Assembly: GCA_009779895.1 (NCBI GenBank)
Contig: WRBB01000016.1
Location: 2,363-66,362, forward strand
DNA from: Lachnospiraceae bacterium
GTDB lineage: Bacteria; Bacillota; Clostridia; Lachnospirales; Lachnospiraceae
Direction of reading: 5' to 3'
DNA: 64,000 nucleotides
Shown here: in pieces, positions 18,677-28,803 of the stretch
Layout of the letters: the number at the start of each line of letters is the position of its first letter
Position numbering within the stretch: position 1 is the first letter of the stretch
The notes under the pieces: model-generated
What the model was told of the DNA's origin: nothing
Seen by the model: the letters and a program-made list of their open reading frames with translations, nothing else
Database searches by the model: none
Program-made: the position numbers and the translations under genes

Positions 18677-20165
18677 TTATGATTTCTCCTAACATATCAA
18701 TCAAATCAGAGGCAAACACCCCATAACTACTTTTTATACTTTTTGCCTTGTCTCCACACAAACCATGGAGATAAACACCCAAACAAACCATTTCATAAAA
18801 ATCCTCCGAACTTTGCGCAAGCAAACCTGTAAGCATACCTGCCAGCACATCCCCCGAACCACCCTTTGCCATGGCATTGTTTCCGGAAGTATTGATAAAC
18901 AGCTTTTTACCCTTTTGTGCCACAACGGTTCGCGCATCCTTTAAAACACAAATCACACCATATTCCCTGACAAATTCTGTGATGATTGCAAAAATATTTT
19001 CCTGTAATTCAGCAAGGGAAATCTCTAAAAAATTGGCCATCTCTTTTATATGAGGCGTCAAAATACAAGGATGTTTCAAATTATGTAGAAGCTCTTTTTG
19101 GTTTTTCAATAAATGAACCGCATCGGCATCTATTATAATACTACCTTGAAAATTTTGCAAAACATGAGTTAAAATCGACTCACTCACTAAACTTTTTCCT
19201 AATCCGCAACCAATACAAAGCACATCTGCCCAATGCAACAACTCATTTAGTTTTGCTACTTCATAATTTTGATAAGTAGACACAATCGCTTCGGGCAGCA
19301 ACGTTTGTATCACCGGTTGACACTCCTGTGCAGTATAAACTTGCACCAAACCCGCACCCATGCCATAAGCAGCTTTTGCACTTAAAAAAGAGGCACCCGC
19401 CATACCAACACTACCACATATCATCAGCACTTTTCCATAACTGCCTTTGTGGGAATTCGGCACGCGTTTCGGCAAGACTTTAGAAATATCACACAATGCA
19501 TAAGTAAAATTAATCTCTACATCTTCTTTTGCTTTTTCAAGATCAATCCCAATATCAACTACCACCACTTCTCCCGCATAAACATTGGCAGGAAACAGCA
19601 ACAACCCACGCTTGGCACATTGAAATGTAACGGTGATGTCCGCTTGAAAAGCGATACCAAACAACCTACCTGAAGTAGAGCAAATACCGGATGGTACATC
19701 CATGGCAACTTTAACACCTTGCTTTTTGTTGACCGCAAAAAAAAGCTGAATATAACTTGCATCCAAATTTCGGCACAAACCAATACCAAACACGGCATCC
19801 ACAATAACCGTAAAATTTTTATCTGCAATTTCAGCAAAATCAACAATCTTAATTTTTAGATTTTCGCAAATATCCCTTTGGGTTTTGCAGTCAATACTAA
19901 ATTTCCCATGCCCATCCATTCGGCAAACGGTTGGCTTATAACCTTGTTGATGAAGCAATCTTGCCAACGCAAAACCATCACCGCCATTGTTACCTGTGCC
20001 GCAAAGAATCAAAGTTGCAGACAAATCAAGTTCTTTTCTTTGCATAACTTCCAAACAACGCAAAGCCGCACGCTCCATCAAAACCATAGAGGGAATGCCG
20101 ATTTCCTCTATGGTGTATCTGTCCATCTCTTGCATTTGACCGGCTGTCGGCAATAATCTCATCAT
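18663..20165 (-). CDS. nnr: Bifunctional NAD(P)H-hydrate repair enzyme (epimerase/dehydratase, YjeF family)
   Basis: 500 aa. N-terminal YjeF_N motif GTGNNGGDG. C-terminal carbohydrate-kinase-like GGSGDVLAG. Confidence 0.9.
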   Translation of the reverse strand: MMRLLPTAGQMQEMDRYTIEEIGIPSMVLMERAALRCLEVMQRKELDLSATLILCGTGNNGGDGFALARLLHQQGYKPTVCRMDGHGKFSIDCKTQRDICENLKIKIVDFAEIADKNFTVIVDAVFGIGLCRNLDASYIQLFFAVNKKQGVKVAMDVPSGICSTSGRLFGIAFQADITVTFQCAKRGLLLFPANVYAGEVVVVDIGIDLEKAKEDVEINFTYALCDISKVLPKRVPNSHKGSYGKVLMICGSVGMAGASFLSAKAAYGMGAGLVQVYTAQECQPVIQTLLPEAIVSTYQNYEVAKLNELLHWADVLCIGCGLGKSLVSESILTHVLQNFQGSIIIDADAVHLLKNQKELLHNLKHPCILTPHIKEMANFLEISLAELQENIFAIITEFVREYGVICVLKDARTVVAQKGKKLFINTSGNNAMAKGGSGDVLAGMLTGLLAQSSEDFYEMVCLGVYLHGLCGDKAKSIKSSYGVFASDLIDMLGEIINENT

Positions 20166-20177
20166 TTCACAACCTTT

Positions 20178-21704
20178 CTATAGTAATGGAGAAAATAAAT
20201 GCAAAATTGCATCCAGAAGTTCTCCCCAACCACTGCTTTTCCTTTCATCTTGTTGAACCTCTTGACTACCTGCAATTGTTTGCAGCGCATCTTCTTTGAT
20301 GTCTTTAATCACACTCGATTGATACAGTAAGGTACCGCATTCAAAATGCAAATACAAACTACGGTAATCCAAATTGATGGTACCTACAATGGCAATTTCG
20401 TCATCACAAACTAAACTTTTTGCATGTAAAAATCCCGGTGTATATTCATAAATTTTCACCCCTGCCTTGTACAAATAAGTATAATAAGAGCGCGTCAACT
20501 GAAAAATAATTTTTTTATCCGGAATACCGGGCAAAATAAGACGCACATCCACACCTCGTTTTGCCGTCATTTGCAAGGCGTGTATCATCTTTTCACTGAT
20601 GATCAAATAGGGAGTGAAAATATAAATATAATCCTTTGCCTGATGCAAAATATCTACATAAATATTTTCAGAAAGTTGTTCTTCGTCAAGTGGCGTATCA
20701 CCAAAAGGAAGCACAAAACCATCTGTCTTGCTATTTTCTACATGCAAAGACTTGGACTTATATAAGGTATAGTCATTGATGCGCTCTTTTGTCTCGCAAA
20801 AAGTATCCCACATCTCAATGAACATCAAAGTAAAGCTCCAAACACCTTCTCCTGTTAAGCGTAAACCCGTGTCTTTCCAAATACCAAAAGGACTGTTTTT
20901 ATTAATATATTCATCGGAAATATTTAAACCTCCGCAAAAAGCAGTATGCCCATCAATTACTAATATCTTTCGATGATCCCGATTATTCATAAACAACAAG
21001 AAAAAGGGAATCATAGGATTAAAGCGTAGCGTTTTAATTCCTTGTGCTTCTAACTTTTCTATATATACATTTGTAAAAAGTCTTTGGGAACCAAAATCAT
21101 CTATAATGAGCCGAACCTCTATGCCCTCATTGACTTTCCTTAGCAAAACCTCTAATAACCGCTCCCACATCTCACTTTTATAAATAATAAAATACTCTAA
21201 GAAAATATAATGTTTTGCCTGTTCCAACGCATAAATCATATCCTCAAATTTACTTTCACCCAATGTATAATACTTCGTTTGCGTATTGCGATATGCATGA
21301 TAGGATGAGGTTTTTCGAATATATCGCATCAGACTATACATCCTACCACAAGCAATTTGATTGATAAAAGGCAAATTGCCATCACCATCTAATAACTTCG
21401 CAATCAAAGCATGTTCATTGGCATGCACTCTAATTTTTTTTGTATGACGCATGTTACCAAACAAAAGATAGGCTACCCCTCCCAATGGCGGGAAAGCCAG
21501 CATCACAATAATCCATAAAATTTTATACGCAGATGCCTCGTCCTTTTTTAAAATAAAAAACAAGGCCAAAATAGTCGTTACAATCCCAACATAAGCAACG
21601 GGCGGAAAGCGATTTATGATAAAAACAGCAATGACTCCGGCAATCACAATTTGCAGAATTAAAGCAAGAAGCGTTAAGCGAAGTCGGGCAGATAATTTAC
21701 TCAT
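20178..21704 (-). CDS. cls: Cardiolipin synthase
   Basis: 508 aa. Two N-terminal TM helices and two HKD motifs (HRKILVIDG and LHAKSLVCDD). Confidence 0.92.
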   Translation of the reverse strand: MSKLSARLRLTLLALILQIVIAGVIAVFIINRFPPVAYVGIVTTILALFFILKKDEASAYKILWIIVMLAFPPLGGVAYLLFGNMRHTKKIRVHANEHALIAKLLDGDGNLPFINQIACGRMYSLMRYIRKTSSYHAYRNTQTKYYTLGESKFEDMIYALEQAKHYIFLEYFIIYKSEMWERLLEVLLRKVNEGIEVRLIIDDFGSQRLFTNVYIEKLEAQGIKTLRFNPMIPFFLLFMNNRDHRKILVIDGHTAFCGGLNISDEYINKNSPFGIWKDTGLRLTGEGVWSFTLMFIEMWDTFCETKERINDYTLYKSKSLHVENSKTDGFVLPFGDTPLDEEQLSENIYVDILHQAKDYIYIFTPYLIISEKMIHALQMTAKRGVDVRLILPGIPDKKIIFQLTRSYYTYLYKAGVKIYEYTPGFLHAKSLVCDDEIAIVGTINLDYRSLYLHFECGTLLYQSSVIKDIKEDALQTIAGSQEVQQDERKSSGWGELLDAILHLFSPLL

Positions 21705-21819
21705 TCCGGTAGATCCTCTCGTTCATCTATTTACATAAAATATTGTATATCATTTTGAGAGTAACAGCAAGAATCGACAAAACAAGCTGACGGAATCAGC
21801 AAACCCATCAGCTCATTTT

Positions 21820-22455
21820 TTAATTTTCTTTACGCTGTATCATATTGTAAGACAAACGCATCAAACTATCAGACATATGGACATTTTCCACAATCACATC
21901 CTTAGGCAATTCCAAATCAACCAAAGCAAAGTTTAAAAAGGCTTTTACACCATTTTTAACCAATCGCTCCACCACTTCTGACACTGCCTCCTTTGGAATG
22001 GTTAAAGCTGCAATGTCTATCTGATTGTTGCTTAAAAATCCTTCTAACTCATCCATCATCATGACAGGAATACCACGTACCGTTCGACCTTGATGTTTTG
22101 GGTCGTTGTCAAATATACCACGCACAAAAAAACTAGAACGCTCAAATGACGAATACTTCGCCAATGCCTGCCCTAAGTTTCCTGCCCCCATCACAATCAT
22201 ATTATGCTCTGTGTCCAAGCCCAGAATTTTACCAATTTCGCTACGCAAATACGCTACATTATACCCATATCCCTGTTGTCCAAAACCACCAAAATTATTC
22301 AAATCTTGTCGAATCTGAGATGCTGTTACATTCATCTTTTTGCTCAACGCACCGGATGAAATACGCTCAATGCCCGATTTTTGCAATTCGCCCAAATAGC
22401 GATAATAACGTGGTAATCTACCGATAACTGTTTGTGATATTTCTTTTATGTTCAC
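21820..22455 (-). CDS. rex: Redox-sensing transcriptional repressor Rex
   Basis: RLPRYYRYL winged-helix signature and GAGNLG Rossmann. The track ORF starts at ATG 22482, but that ATG sits 3 nt from a TATAAT -10 box with no RBS. GTG at 22455 has AGGAGG 6 nt upstream, so I prefer 22455 (211 aa). Confidence 0.88.
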   Translation of the reverse strand: MNIKEISQTVIGRLPRYYRYLGELQKSGIERISSGALSKKMNVTASQIRQDLNNFGGFGQQGYGYNVAYLRSEIGKILGLDTEHNMIVMGAGNLGQALAKYSSFERSSFFVRGIFDNDPKHQGRTVRGIPVMMMDELEGFLSNNQIDIAALTIPKEAVSEVVERLVKNGVKAFLNFALVDLELPKDVIVENVHMSDSLMRLSYNMIQRKEN

Positions 22456-22485
22456 AAGTGGCCTCCTTAATACATCTTCCATTAG

Positions 22486-22514
22486 ATTATAGCGTTTTGT
22501 TAATATGAAGTCAA
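22486..22514 (-). promoter_or_regulatory. rex promoter
   Basis: Minus strand reads TTGACT (22509-22514), a 17-nt spacer, then TATAAT (22486-22491). Confidence 0.6.
22497..22514. promoter_or_regulatory. Weak candidate Rex operator overlapping the rex -35
   Basis: TTGTTAAtatgAAGTCAA. The left half matches the Clostridial Rex half-site TTGTTAA 7/7; the right half matches TTAACAA only 3/7. Confidence 0.25.
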
Positions 22515-22542
22515 TTTTAAGTTAACTTTATTGTAAATTTTC

Positions 22543-22571
22543 TTGTGAACTTCTTTGGACTTAGATATAAT
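22543..22571 (+). promoter_or_regulatory. Promoter of the ABC-F gene
   Basis: TTGTGA (22543-22548), a 17-nt spacer, then TATAAT (22566-22571). Confidence 0.5.
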
Positions 22572-22614
22572 CGTATTTAGAGATAATCTAAATTTATATT
22601 GGAGATTCATAAAA

Positions 22615-24531
22615 ATGATACTTGCATGTCATAACATACAAAAAAGTTTTGGTGACCATGTGATTGTAAAAAATGGCGCATTCCACATAGAAGAACGCGA
22701 AAAATCCGCCTTAATTGGCATCAATGGCGCAGGAAAAACTACCATTTTAAAAATGATTATGGGAGAGGAATCTCTCGATGGCGGTGACGTTCTTTTAAGC
22801 AAAGGAAAAACCATTGGTTATTTGGCACAGCATCAAAAAACAATCCCGGGTCATACCATTTTACAGGAAATCAGTTTGGCAAAAGCTGATCTTATTGCAT
22901 TGGAGCAGCAAATCCGAGCAATTGAAATTGAATTAAAATCTCTTTCTACAGATGAACAAGAAGAACGCTTAAAACTTTATCATCGATTGGTAGAAGAATT
23001 TGAACAAGCCAATGGTTATGCCTACAAAAGCGAACTCACCGGCGTTCTAAAAGGTTTAGGCTTTGCGGAAGAAGATTTTGAAAAACAGACAAACACATTA
23101 TCCGGCGGACAAAAAACCCGTGTGGCTTTAGGCAAACTTTTATTGACCAAACCGGATATACTCTTACTGGATGAACCTACCAACCATTTAGATTTAAATT
23201 CTGTGGCATGGCTGGAAACTTACTTAATCCACTATCCGGGTGCTGTCCTCATTGTTTCTCATGATCGTTACTTTATCAATCGTGTTGTAAGCAAAATAAT
23301 CGAAATCGAAGCCGGGACAATCCAAATGTACGCTGGCAATTATAAGGATTATGCTAACAAAAAACAACAGTTACGAGATGCACGCTTAAAAGAGTATTTA
23401 AACCAACAAAGGGAAATCAAACACCAGGAGGCGGTGATTACAAAACTAAAACAATTTAATCGGGAAAAATCCATAAAACGAGCTGAAAGTCGTGAAAAAA
23501 TGCTGGCAAAAATCGACATCTTGGAAAAACCAAAAGAGATTGATACCGAAATGCATTTTGCTCTAGAACCGGCTATTACCAGTGGAAATGACGTACTCTC
23601 TGTAAAGAACCTTGCAAAGTCCTTTGACTCTTTGACCCTTTTTAAAAATATTGCATTTGAAATAAAACGTGGCGAACATATTGCTATCATCGGGGATAAT
23701 GGCACAGGAAAAACCACTCTATTAAAGATTTTAAATCAAGTCATACTTGCCGATGCGGGTTCCTTTACTTTGGGCACAAAAGTACAAATTGGCTATTATG
23801 ACCAAGAGCATCATGTTTTGCATAATGACAAAAATATATTTGATGAGATTTCCGATGCATATCCTGATTTAAACAATACCAAAATTCGTAGCACATTGGC
23901 TGCTTTTGGCTTTGCCGACGATGATGTGTTTAAAACCATAGGCGATTTAAGCGGCGGTGAAAAAGGGCGTGTTTCTTTGGCAAAACTCATGCTTTCCGAA
24001 GCAAACTTTTTGATACTGGATGAACCCACAAACCACTTAGACATTACTTCCAAAGAAATTTTGGAAAATGCACTCAATGAATATACCGGTACTTGCATTT
24101 ATGTTTCCCATGACCGCTACTTCATCAATCGAACCGCCAGTCGAATCCTAGAATTAACAGAACAGACATTTATTAATTACATCGGCAATTATGATTATTA
24201 CTTAGAAAAAAAAGAGCATTTGACGGCTATATTCACAGATGATAAGATAAAAGCAACAAGGGAAGCCGAAAAAAATATTTCTCAATCCAAATTAAACTGG
24301 CAAGAACAAAAAGAGCAGCAGGCAAAAGAACGAAAACGACAAAAAGAGATAGAACAAACAGAACTTCGTATTCACCGGTTGGAAGAACGTAATCAGGAAA
24401 TCGACGCACTATTGACACAAGAAGAAGTCTATTCCAACTCTATAAAATGTCAAGACTTAACCGTAGAAAAAACGAAACACGAAGAAGAATTGACGGAACT
24501 TTATGCGGTGTGGGAAAAATTGTCAGTATGA
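22615..24531 (+). CDS. ABC-F family ATPase (two ABC domains, no TM domain, C-terminal coiled coil)
   Basis: Preferred start is ATG 22615 (MILACHNIQ, GGAG about 9 nt upstream); the track ORF starts at TTG 22555. Two Walker A motifs (GINGAGKTT, GDNGTGKTT), two LSGG signatures, and a K/E-rich linker and tail. Confidence 0.9.
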   Translation: MILACHNIQKSFGDHVIVKNGAFHIEEREKSALIGINGAGKTTILKMIMGEESLDGGDVLLSKGKTIGYLAQHQKTIPGHTILQEISLAKADLIALEQQIRAIEIELKSLSTDEQEERLKLYHRLVEEFEQANGYAYKSELTGVLKGLGFAEEDFEKQTNTLSGGQKTRVALGKLLLTKPDILLLDEPTNHLDLNSVAWLETYLIHYPGAVLIVSHDRYFINRVVSKIIEIEAGTIQMYAGNYKDYANKKQQLRDARLKEYLNQQREIKHQEAVITKLKQFNREKSIKRAESREKMLAKIDILEKPKEIDTEMHFALEPAITSGNDVLSVKNLAKSFDSLTLFKNIAFEIKRGEHIAIIGDNGTGKTTLLKILNQVILADAGSFTLGTKVQIGYYDQEHHVLHNDKNIFDEISDAYPDLNNTKIRSTLAAFGFADDDVFKTIGDLSGGEKGRVSLAKLMLSEANFLILDEPTNHLDITSKEILENALNEYTGTCIYVSHDRYFINRTASRILELTEQTFINYIGNYDYYLEKKEHLTAIFTDDKIKATREAEKNISQSKLNWQEQKEQQAKERKRQKEIEQTELRIHRLEERNQEIDALLTQEEVYSNSIKCQDLTVEKTKHEEELTELYAVWEKLSV

Positions 24532-24558
24532 TTGTTTCGATTAAGGAAAGGTGAGAGC

Positions 24559-25035
24559 ATGGCTTTTAATTACAAACAGTACAAGCAAAATAAAAAAATC
24601 AAATCTTTAGAGGAAGAATTCGGCAAGGAGTGTTATCTGCGAGAGGTCACCATCTTATTGGGTGATAAACGTATGGCAACCAGAGATGAAAACATGCGTC
24701 GCCGTGCCATTCATCTTGCTGAGCTTGTAGACCGGCTTGATATTAAGGAAACAGAAATCAAAGGTATTGTCATTCGCGAAGCCGCTGATTTTGTCGTAGA
24801 CTCACACTATCTCCCATCTATCGTAAGACTAATCAAAATGTACGATTCTTTAGATAGCATCAAATCAAACGACCCTGACAAAAACAGGGTCAAAGAAGAA
24901 ATTTTGGTTTTAATTGATGATATCATCGTACAGTTAGAGCGTGCTGTCAAAAAACAAGACGATGCAAAATTGGCAGATATCGGGGAAACCGTAAAAGCCA
25001 TGAGTGAAGTAGCAAAAATGAATCAAAGGTTATAA
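24559..25035 (+). CDS. Hypothetical protein (158 aa, helical/charged)
   Basis: ATG 24559 (MAFNYKQYK) is preceded by AAGGAAAGGTGAG. No family recognised. Confidence 0.55.
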   Translation: MAFNYKQYKQNKKIKSLEEEFGKECYLREVTILLGDKRMATRDENMRRRAIHLAELVDRLDIKETEIKGIVIREAADFVVDSHYLPSIVRLIKMYDSLDSIKSNDPDKNRVKEEILVLIDDIIVQLERAVKKQDDAKLADIGETVKAMSEVAKMNQRL

Positions 25036-25046
25036 CCTTTGATTCA
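25019..25046. terminator. Palindromic hairpin between convergent genes
   Basis: TGAATCAAAGG-ttataa-CCTTTGATTCA, a perfect 11-bp stem spanning the stop codon at 25033-25035. A T-run follows on the minus strand (ATTTTTGC). Confidence 0.6.
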
Positions 25047-25053
25047 TCCTAAT

Positions 25054-25650
25054 TTAAAACTGAAGTCTATCCATCTCCATAGACCTATCCACTTCATCAC
25101 CACCTGCAGCCGGTATTTCCAATTCAGAACGATTGGTTCTTACCACATCATAACACTCTTGCAGTGAATTAATCAATCCGTCATATTTTGTGGTATAACT
25201 ATCCAAAGTATGTCCTATAATACTCTCCGCATTTGCCAACAAATCATCTGTATACTGAATGGCACTCACGCGAATATTATTGGCATCCAATGTCGCATTG
25301 TCTAAAATCTCCTGTGCTTGACCCGTTGCTTGTGTCACAATTTCATTGGCTTGACTATAAGCCTGTTGCATAATCTCATGCTCACTTACCAACTCATTTG
25401 TTTGCACTTGTGCGTCTGCAATCATCGCATCTGCTTTTGCTTGTGCATCCGCCAAAATAGCATCACGATTGGCGATGATTTTCTGATAACGCTTGATTTC
25501 ATCTGGTGTTTTTAAACGCAGTTCCCTGAGCAATTCTTCCAAATGCTCTTTATTTACAATAATTTTCGTAGTTGATAAGGGCTGATACTTACAATCCCTA
25601 TCAATATACTCTTCAATCTCTTCAATGATTTGTTCAATACGGCTACTCAT
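25054..25650 (-). CDS. Conserved coiled-coil protein of unknown function
   Basis: 198 aa, Q/A/E-rich helical repeats (ADAQAKADAMIADAQVQ). Its start abuts the coaD stop at 25650. Function not recognised. Confidence 0.6.
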   Translation of the reverse strand: MSSRIEQIIEEIEEYIDRDCKYQPLSTTKIIVNKEHLEELLRELRLKTPDEIKRYQKIIANRDAILADAQAKADAMIADAQVQTNELVSEHEIMQQAYSQANEIVTQATGQAQEILDNATLDANNIRVSAIQYTDDLLANAESIIGHTLDSYTTKYDGLINSLQECYDVVRTNRSELEIPAAGGDEVDRSMEMDRLQF

Positions 25651-26147
25651 TATTTACACTCTCCTTTTTGCTTCATTTTTTTCCTAAGCTCCATTGCAGA
25701 AATCTCAGGAACAAATTGTGATACATCTCCCCCAAATTTAGCCACTTCCTTTACTACCGAAGAACTCAAATAAGAGTACTCTACACTCGTTGTCAAAAAC
25801 ATGGTTTCAATCTCCGCATGCAACCGATGATTTGTTTGAGACATCTGCAACTCATATTCAAAATCAGTAATCGCCCGCAATCCACGAATAATCACATCTG
25901 CTTTCATATCTTTGGCAAAATCAATCAACAATCCCCGAAAGGGCACAACTTTGACATGCTCTAAGTCCTTCGTAACTTCTTCAATCATTCTAACACGTTC
26001 ATCTACAGAAAACAACGCATTTTTCGCATTATGACTGAATACTACTCCAACAATCAACTCATCTACCACTCGAACAGAACGTTTGATAATATCTAAATGT
26101 CCAAATGTAATGGGGTCAAAACTACCGGGATAAATTGCTGTTATCAT
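25650..26147 (-). CDS. coaD: Phosphopantetheine adenylyltransferase
   Basis: 165 aa. [16 protein letters not shown] nucleotidyltransferase motif. Confidence 0.95.
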   Translation of the reverse strand: MITAIYPGSFDPITFGHLDIIKRSVRVVDELIVGVVFSHNAKNALFSVDERVRMIEEVTKDLEHVKVVPFRGLLIDFAKDMKADVIIRGLRAITDFEYELQMSQTNHRLHAEIETMFLTTSVEYSYLSSSVVKEVAKFGGDVSQFVPEISAMELRKKMKQKGECK

Positions 26148-26716
26148 ATGTTATCTCTCTCCTCCTGTTGCCTCTTCACAAAAACATGCTTGTTTGTCTT
26201 ATAAATCTTTTCTTTTATTAGCAAAAATCCCAAATTCTCTAAATAAGCAAACTCTTTTCTTTTTGCCGATTCAATCACAATCACAGAATCCACATCAATC
26301 AATGCCGAATCAGACAAATACTCCAATACCCTTTTTTCCAAATCACTTTCATAGGGTGGATCCATAAAGATATAATCAAACCGCTCTTCACCCTCCAGCA
26401 ATCGTAATGCTGTAATCGCATCTCTTGCCATCACCCGGGCGGCGACTGTTAATTTTGTATTGATTAAATTTTCCTGAATACATTTTAACGCTTTTCCATC
26501 CTGCTCCACAAACACACACTTTTTTGCGCCCCGGCTCAAAGCCTCTATACCAATTGCGCCACTACCACTAAACAAATCTAAACATGTACTACCAAAAAGA
26601 TTTGGTGCTATCATATTAAATAATGTTTCTTTTATTCTATCTGTAGTCGGACGAGTGTCTAATCCGGCTACCGTTTTTAATTGCAATCGCTTAGCACTAC
26701 CTGCAATAACTCTCAT
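26144..26716 (-). CDS. rsmD: 16S rRNA (guanine966-N2)-methyltransferase
   Basis: 190 aa. [10 protein letters not shown]...RPTTDRIKE start, SAM-binding DLFSGSG, DPPY motif. 4-nt overlap with coaD. Confidence 0.9.
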   Translation of the reverse strand: MRVIAGSAKRLQLKTVAGLDTRPTTDRIKETLFNMIAPNLFGSTCLDLFSGSGAIGIEALSRGAKKCVFVEQDGKALKCIQENLINTKLTVAARVMARDAITALRLLEGEERFDYIFMDPPYESDLEKRVLEYLSDSALIDVDSVIVIESAKRKEFAYLENLGFLLIKEKIYKTNKHVFVKRQQEERDNI

Positions 26717-26733
26717 AAGTTCTCCCGCTATTT

Positions 26734-28800
26734 CTATAGTATCAACAAAGGCATTTGTTTTTCTTGATATTCTTTTAGTTTTTTCTTCAAAGGTTGATGC
26801 TCTTCCAATTGTAATGTAAAATCCTTATTTAAAATAGCATCTGCCGCTTTATTTACCTGCTGCAAAATACCGGCATCTTGATAAACATCTCCCAAAGTAA
26901 AGCCCATAATACCACTTTGCCGAATGCCAAAGATATCTCCGGGTCCACGCAAGCGCAAATCCTCACTTGCAATAAAAAATCCATCATTGGAACTGTTTAG
27001 AATCTTCAAACGCTCCCTGGTTTCTTTTTTCTTAACAGGGCTCATAAAAATACAGTACGATTGATACTTTCCCCGACCAACACGCCCACGTAATTGATGC
27101 AACTGCGCCAAGCCAAAACGTTCCGCATTTTCAATCAACATCACGGTAGCATTTGGTACATCAATCCCTACTTCAATCACTGTAGTTGACACCAACACTT
27201 GAAGCTGATTTTTCGCAAATCGCTCCATAATCTCATCTTTTTCAATTTGCTTCATCTTGCCGTGCAAGTAACCGATTTGAATGGATTTGTCCATCACTTT
27301 TTGTAACTTCTTTGTATAATCAATCACATTTTCTGCTTCTATATTTTCACTTTCCGCAACCATAGGACAAATAATGTAACATTGCCTGCCTGCCTCTACT
27401 TCTTTGGACATAAAAGTATAAGCCGTTTTTCGATAAGGAATATCTACAACACAATTCTTAATTGGCAAGCGATTTTTAGGCAATGCATCAATCACAGAAA
27501 TATCCAAATCCCCATATAAAATCACTGCCAAAGTCCTAGGAATAGGCGTGGCACTCATCACTAACACATGAGGTATTTTCCCCTTATTATAAAAACGCTC
27601 ACGTTGTTTTACACCAAAGCGGTGTTGCTCATCTGTAATCACCAAAGCCAGATTTTGATAATTGACCTTTTCCTGTATCAAAGCATGGGTGCCTACAATA
27701 ATCTGTGCTTCTCCTGACGCAATACGATCATAAGCCGCTCGTTTTTCGCCGGCAAGCATAGAACCAATTAAAAGTTCTACCCCAATGTTTATTTGAAACG
27801 CTTTCAATAATCTTTTGGTATTTTCAAAATGCTGTACCGCCAAGATTTCTGTCGGTGCCATAAAAGCCCCTTGGCAGCCATTTAAAGTCACAAACAACAA
27901 CGCCAATAAAGCAATAATGGTCTTACCGGATCCTACATCTCCTTGCACCAAACGATTCATCAAACTGATACCAAGCAAATCTCTTTTGATATCCTGCCAA
28001 ACTTTTTGCTGTGCCCCTGTCAAATCATAAGGTAGGTCTTCAATCAACCGATTGATTTCCGGCAAATCTTGAAAAGAAAATGTATTTTCTTCTTTTTGAC
28101 GATTTTCTTTTAAAGTACGAATAGACAAAACAAACAATAAAAATTCATCAAAAACCAAACGCTTCCGTCCTTGCATGTATTCATTTTCATGATTCGGAAA
28201 ATGCAAGGCACGAATACTATCAAAATAGGAACAAAGCTGATATTCCATCAGAATATCAGCAGGTAAATAATCCTCTAATTGTATACCACTTACAAAAGCT
28301 TGCTGCATACTTTTTTGAACAGTCTTATTGCTCAAACCACCGGTTAAAGCATAAGTAGGTTGCAACGTATTTCTTTTTTCTTCATATTTATCGGATGGGA
28401 CAAATAGCTCCGGATGCTCCATCACCAATTCATTTTTCTTACGGAGGATTTTACCCCGCAAAAGAATAGTTTCATCTGCCCGCAAAGTATTACGCAGAAA
28501 AGGCATACGATACCAAACCACTTTGATGTTTCCACTATCATCTTTCAAACTAAGACTCGTAATCGGTAGGTTGCGATTTGAACTCACTTGTATCCGTCCC
28601 ACAATCTTCCCGCAAATAGCAGCAACCTGCCCCTCCGCCAACTCCGCAATGGCCATCACCGCTTCATAACGCTGGTAACTACGCGGATAATAATGAATCA
28701 AATCAAAAATCGTCTCCAGACCAATTTTTTGGAATAACGCTTGGGTCTTGGCACCAACCCCTTTGAGAGCAGTAATCTTCATATTTGTTTTCATATGCAA
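26734..28800 (-). CDS. recG: ATP-dependent DNA helicase RecG
   Basis: 688 aa. Wedge domain plus helicase motifs GDVGSGKT, DEQHRFGV, SATPIPRT, QLRGRVGRG. Confidence 0.95.
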   Translation of the reverse strand: MHMKTNMKITALKGVGAKTQALFQKIGLETIFDLIHYYPRSYQRYEAVMAIAELAEGQVAAICGKIVGRIQVSSNRNLPITSLSLKDDSGNIKVVWYRMPFLRNTLRADETILLRGKILRKKNELVMEHPELFVPSDKYEEKRNTLQPTYALTGGLSNKTVQKSMQQAFVSGIQLEDYLPADILMEYQLCSYFDSIRALHFPNHENEYMQGRKRLVFDEFLLFVLSIRTLKENRQKEENTFSFQDLPEINRLIEDLPYDLTGAQQKVWQDIKRDLLGISLMNRLVQGDVGSGKTIIALLALLFVTLNGCQGAFMAPTEILAVQHFENTKRLLKAFQINIGVELLIGSMLAGEKRAAYDRIASGEAQIIVGTHALIQEKVNYQNLALVITDEQHRFGVKQRERFYNKGKIPHVLVMSATPIPRTLAVILYGDLDISVIDALPKNRLPIKNCVVDIPYRKTAYTFMSKEVEAGRQCYIICPMVAESENIEAENVIDYTKKLQKVMDKSIQIGYLHGKMKQIEKDEIMERFAKNQLQVLVSTTVIEVGIDVPNATVMLIENAERFGLAQLHQLRGRVGRGKYQSYCIFMSPVKKKETRERLKILNSSNDGFFIASEDLRLRGPGDIFGIRQSGIMGFTLGDVYQDAGILQQVNKAADAILNKDFTLQLEEHQPLKKKLKEYQEKQMPLLIL

Positions 28801-28803
28801 TCT

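Noticed and set aside
22543-22560. TTGTGAActtcTTTGGAC as a full Rex operator upstream of the ABC-F gene.
   Set aside because: Only the left half-site matches; the right half matches 3/7. It is more simply the -35 region of the ABC-F promoter.
22615-24531. ABC-F protein as an antibiotic-resistance (ARE) ribosome-protection factor.
   Set aside because: Its length, C-terminal coiled-coil tail and housekeeping context resemble Uup/YdiF-type ABC-Fs. The 5' region is short, with no leader peptide or attenuator of the kind typical for inducible ARE genes. Sequence inspection alone cannot exclude it.
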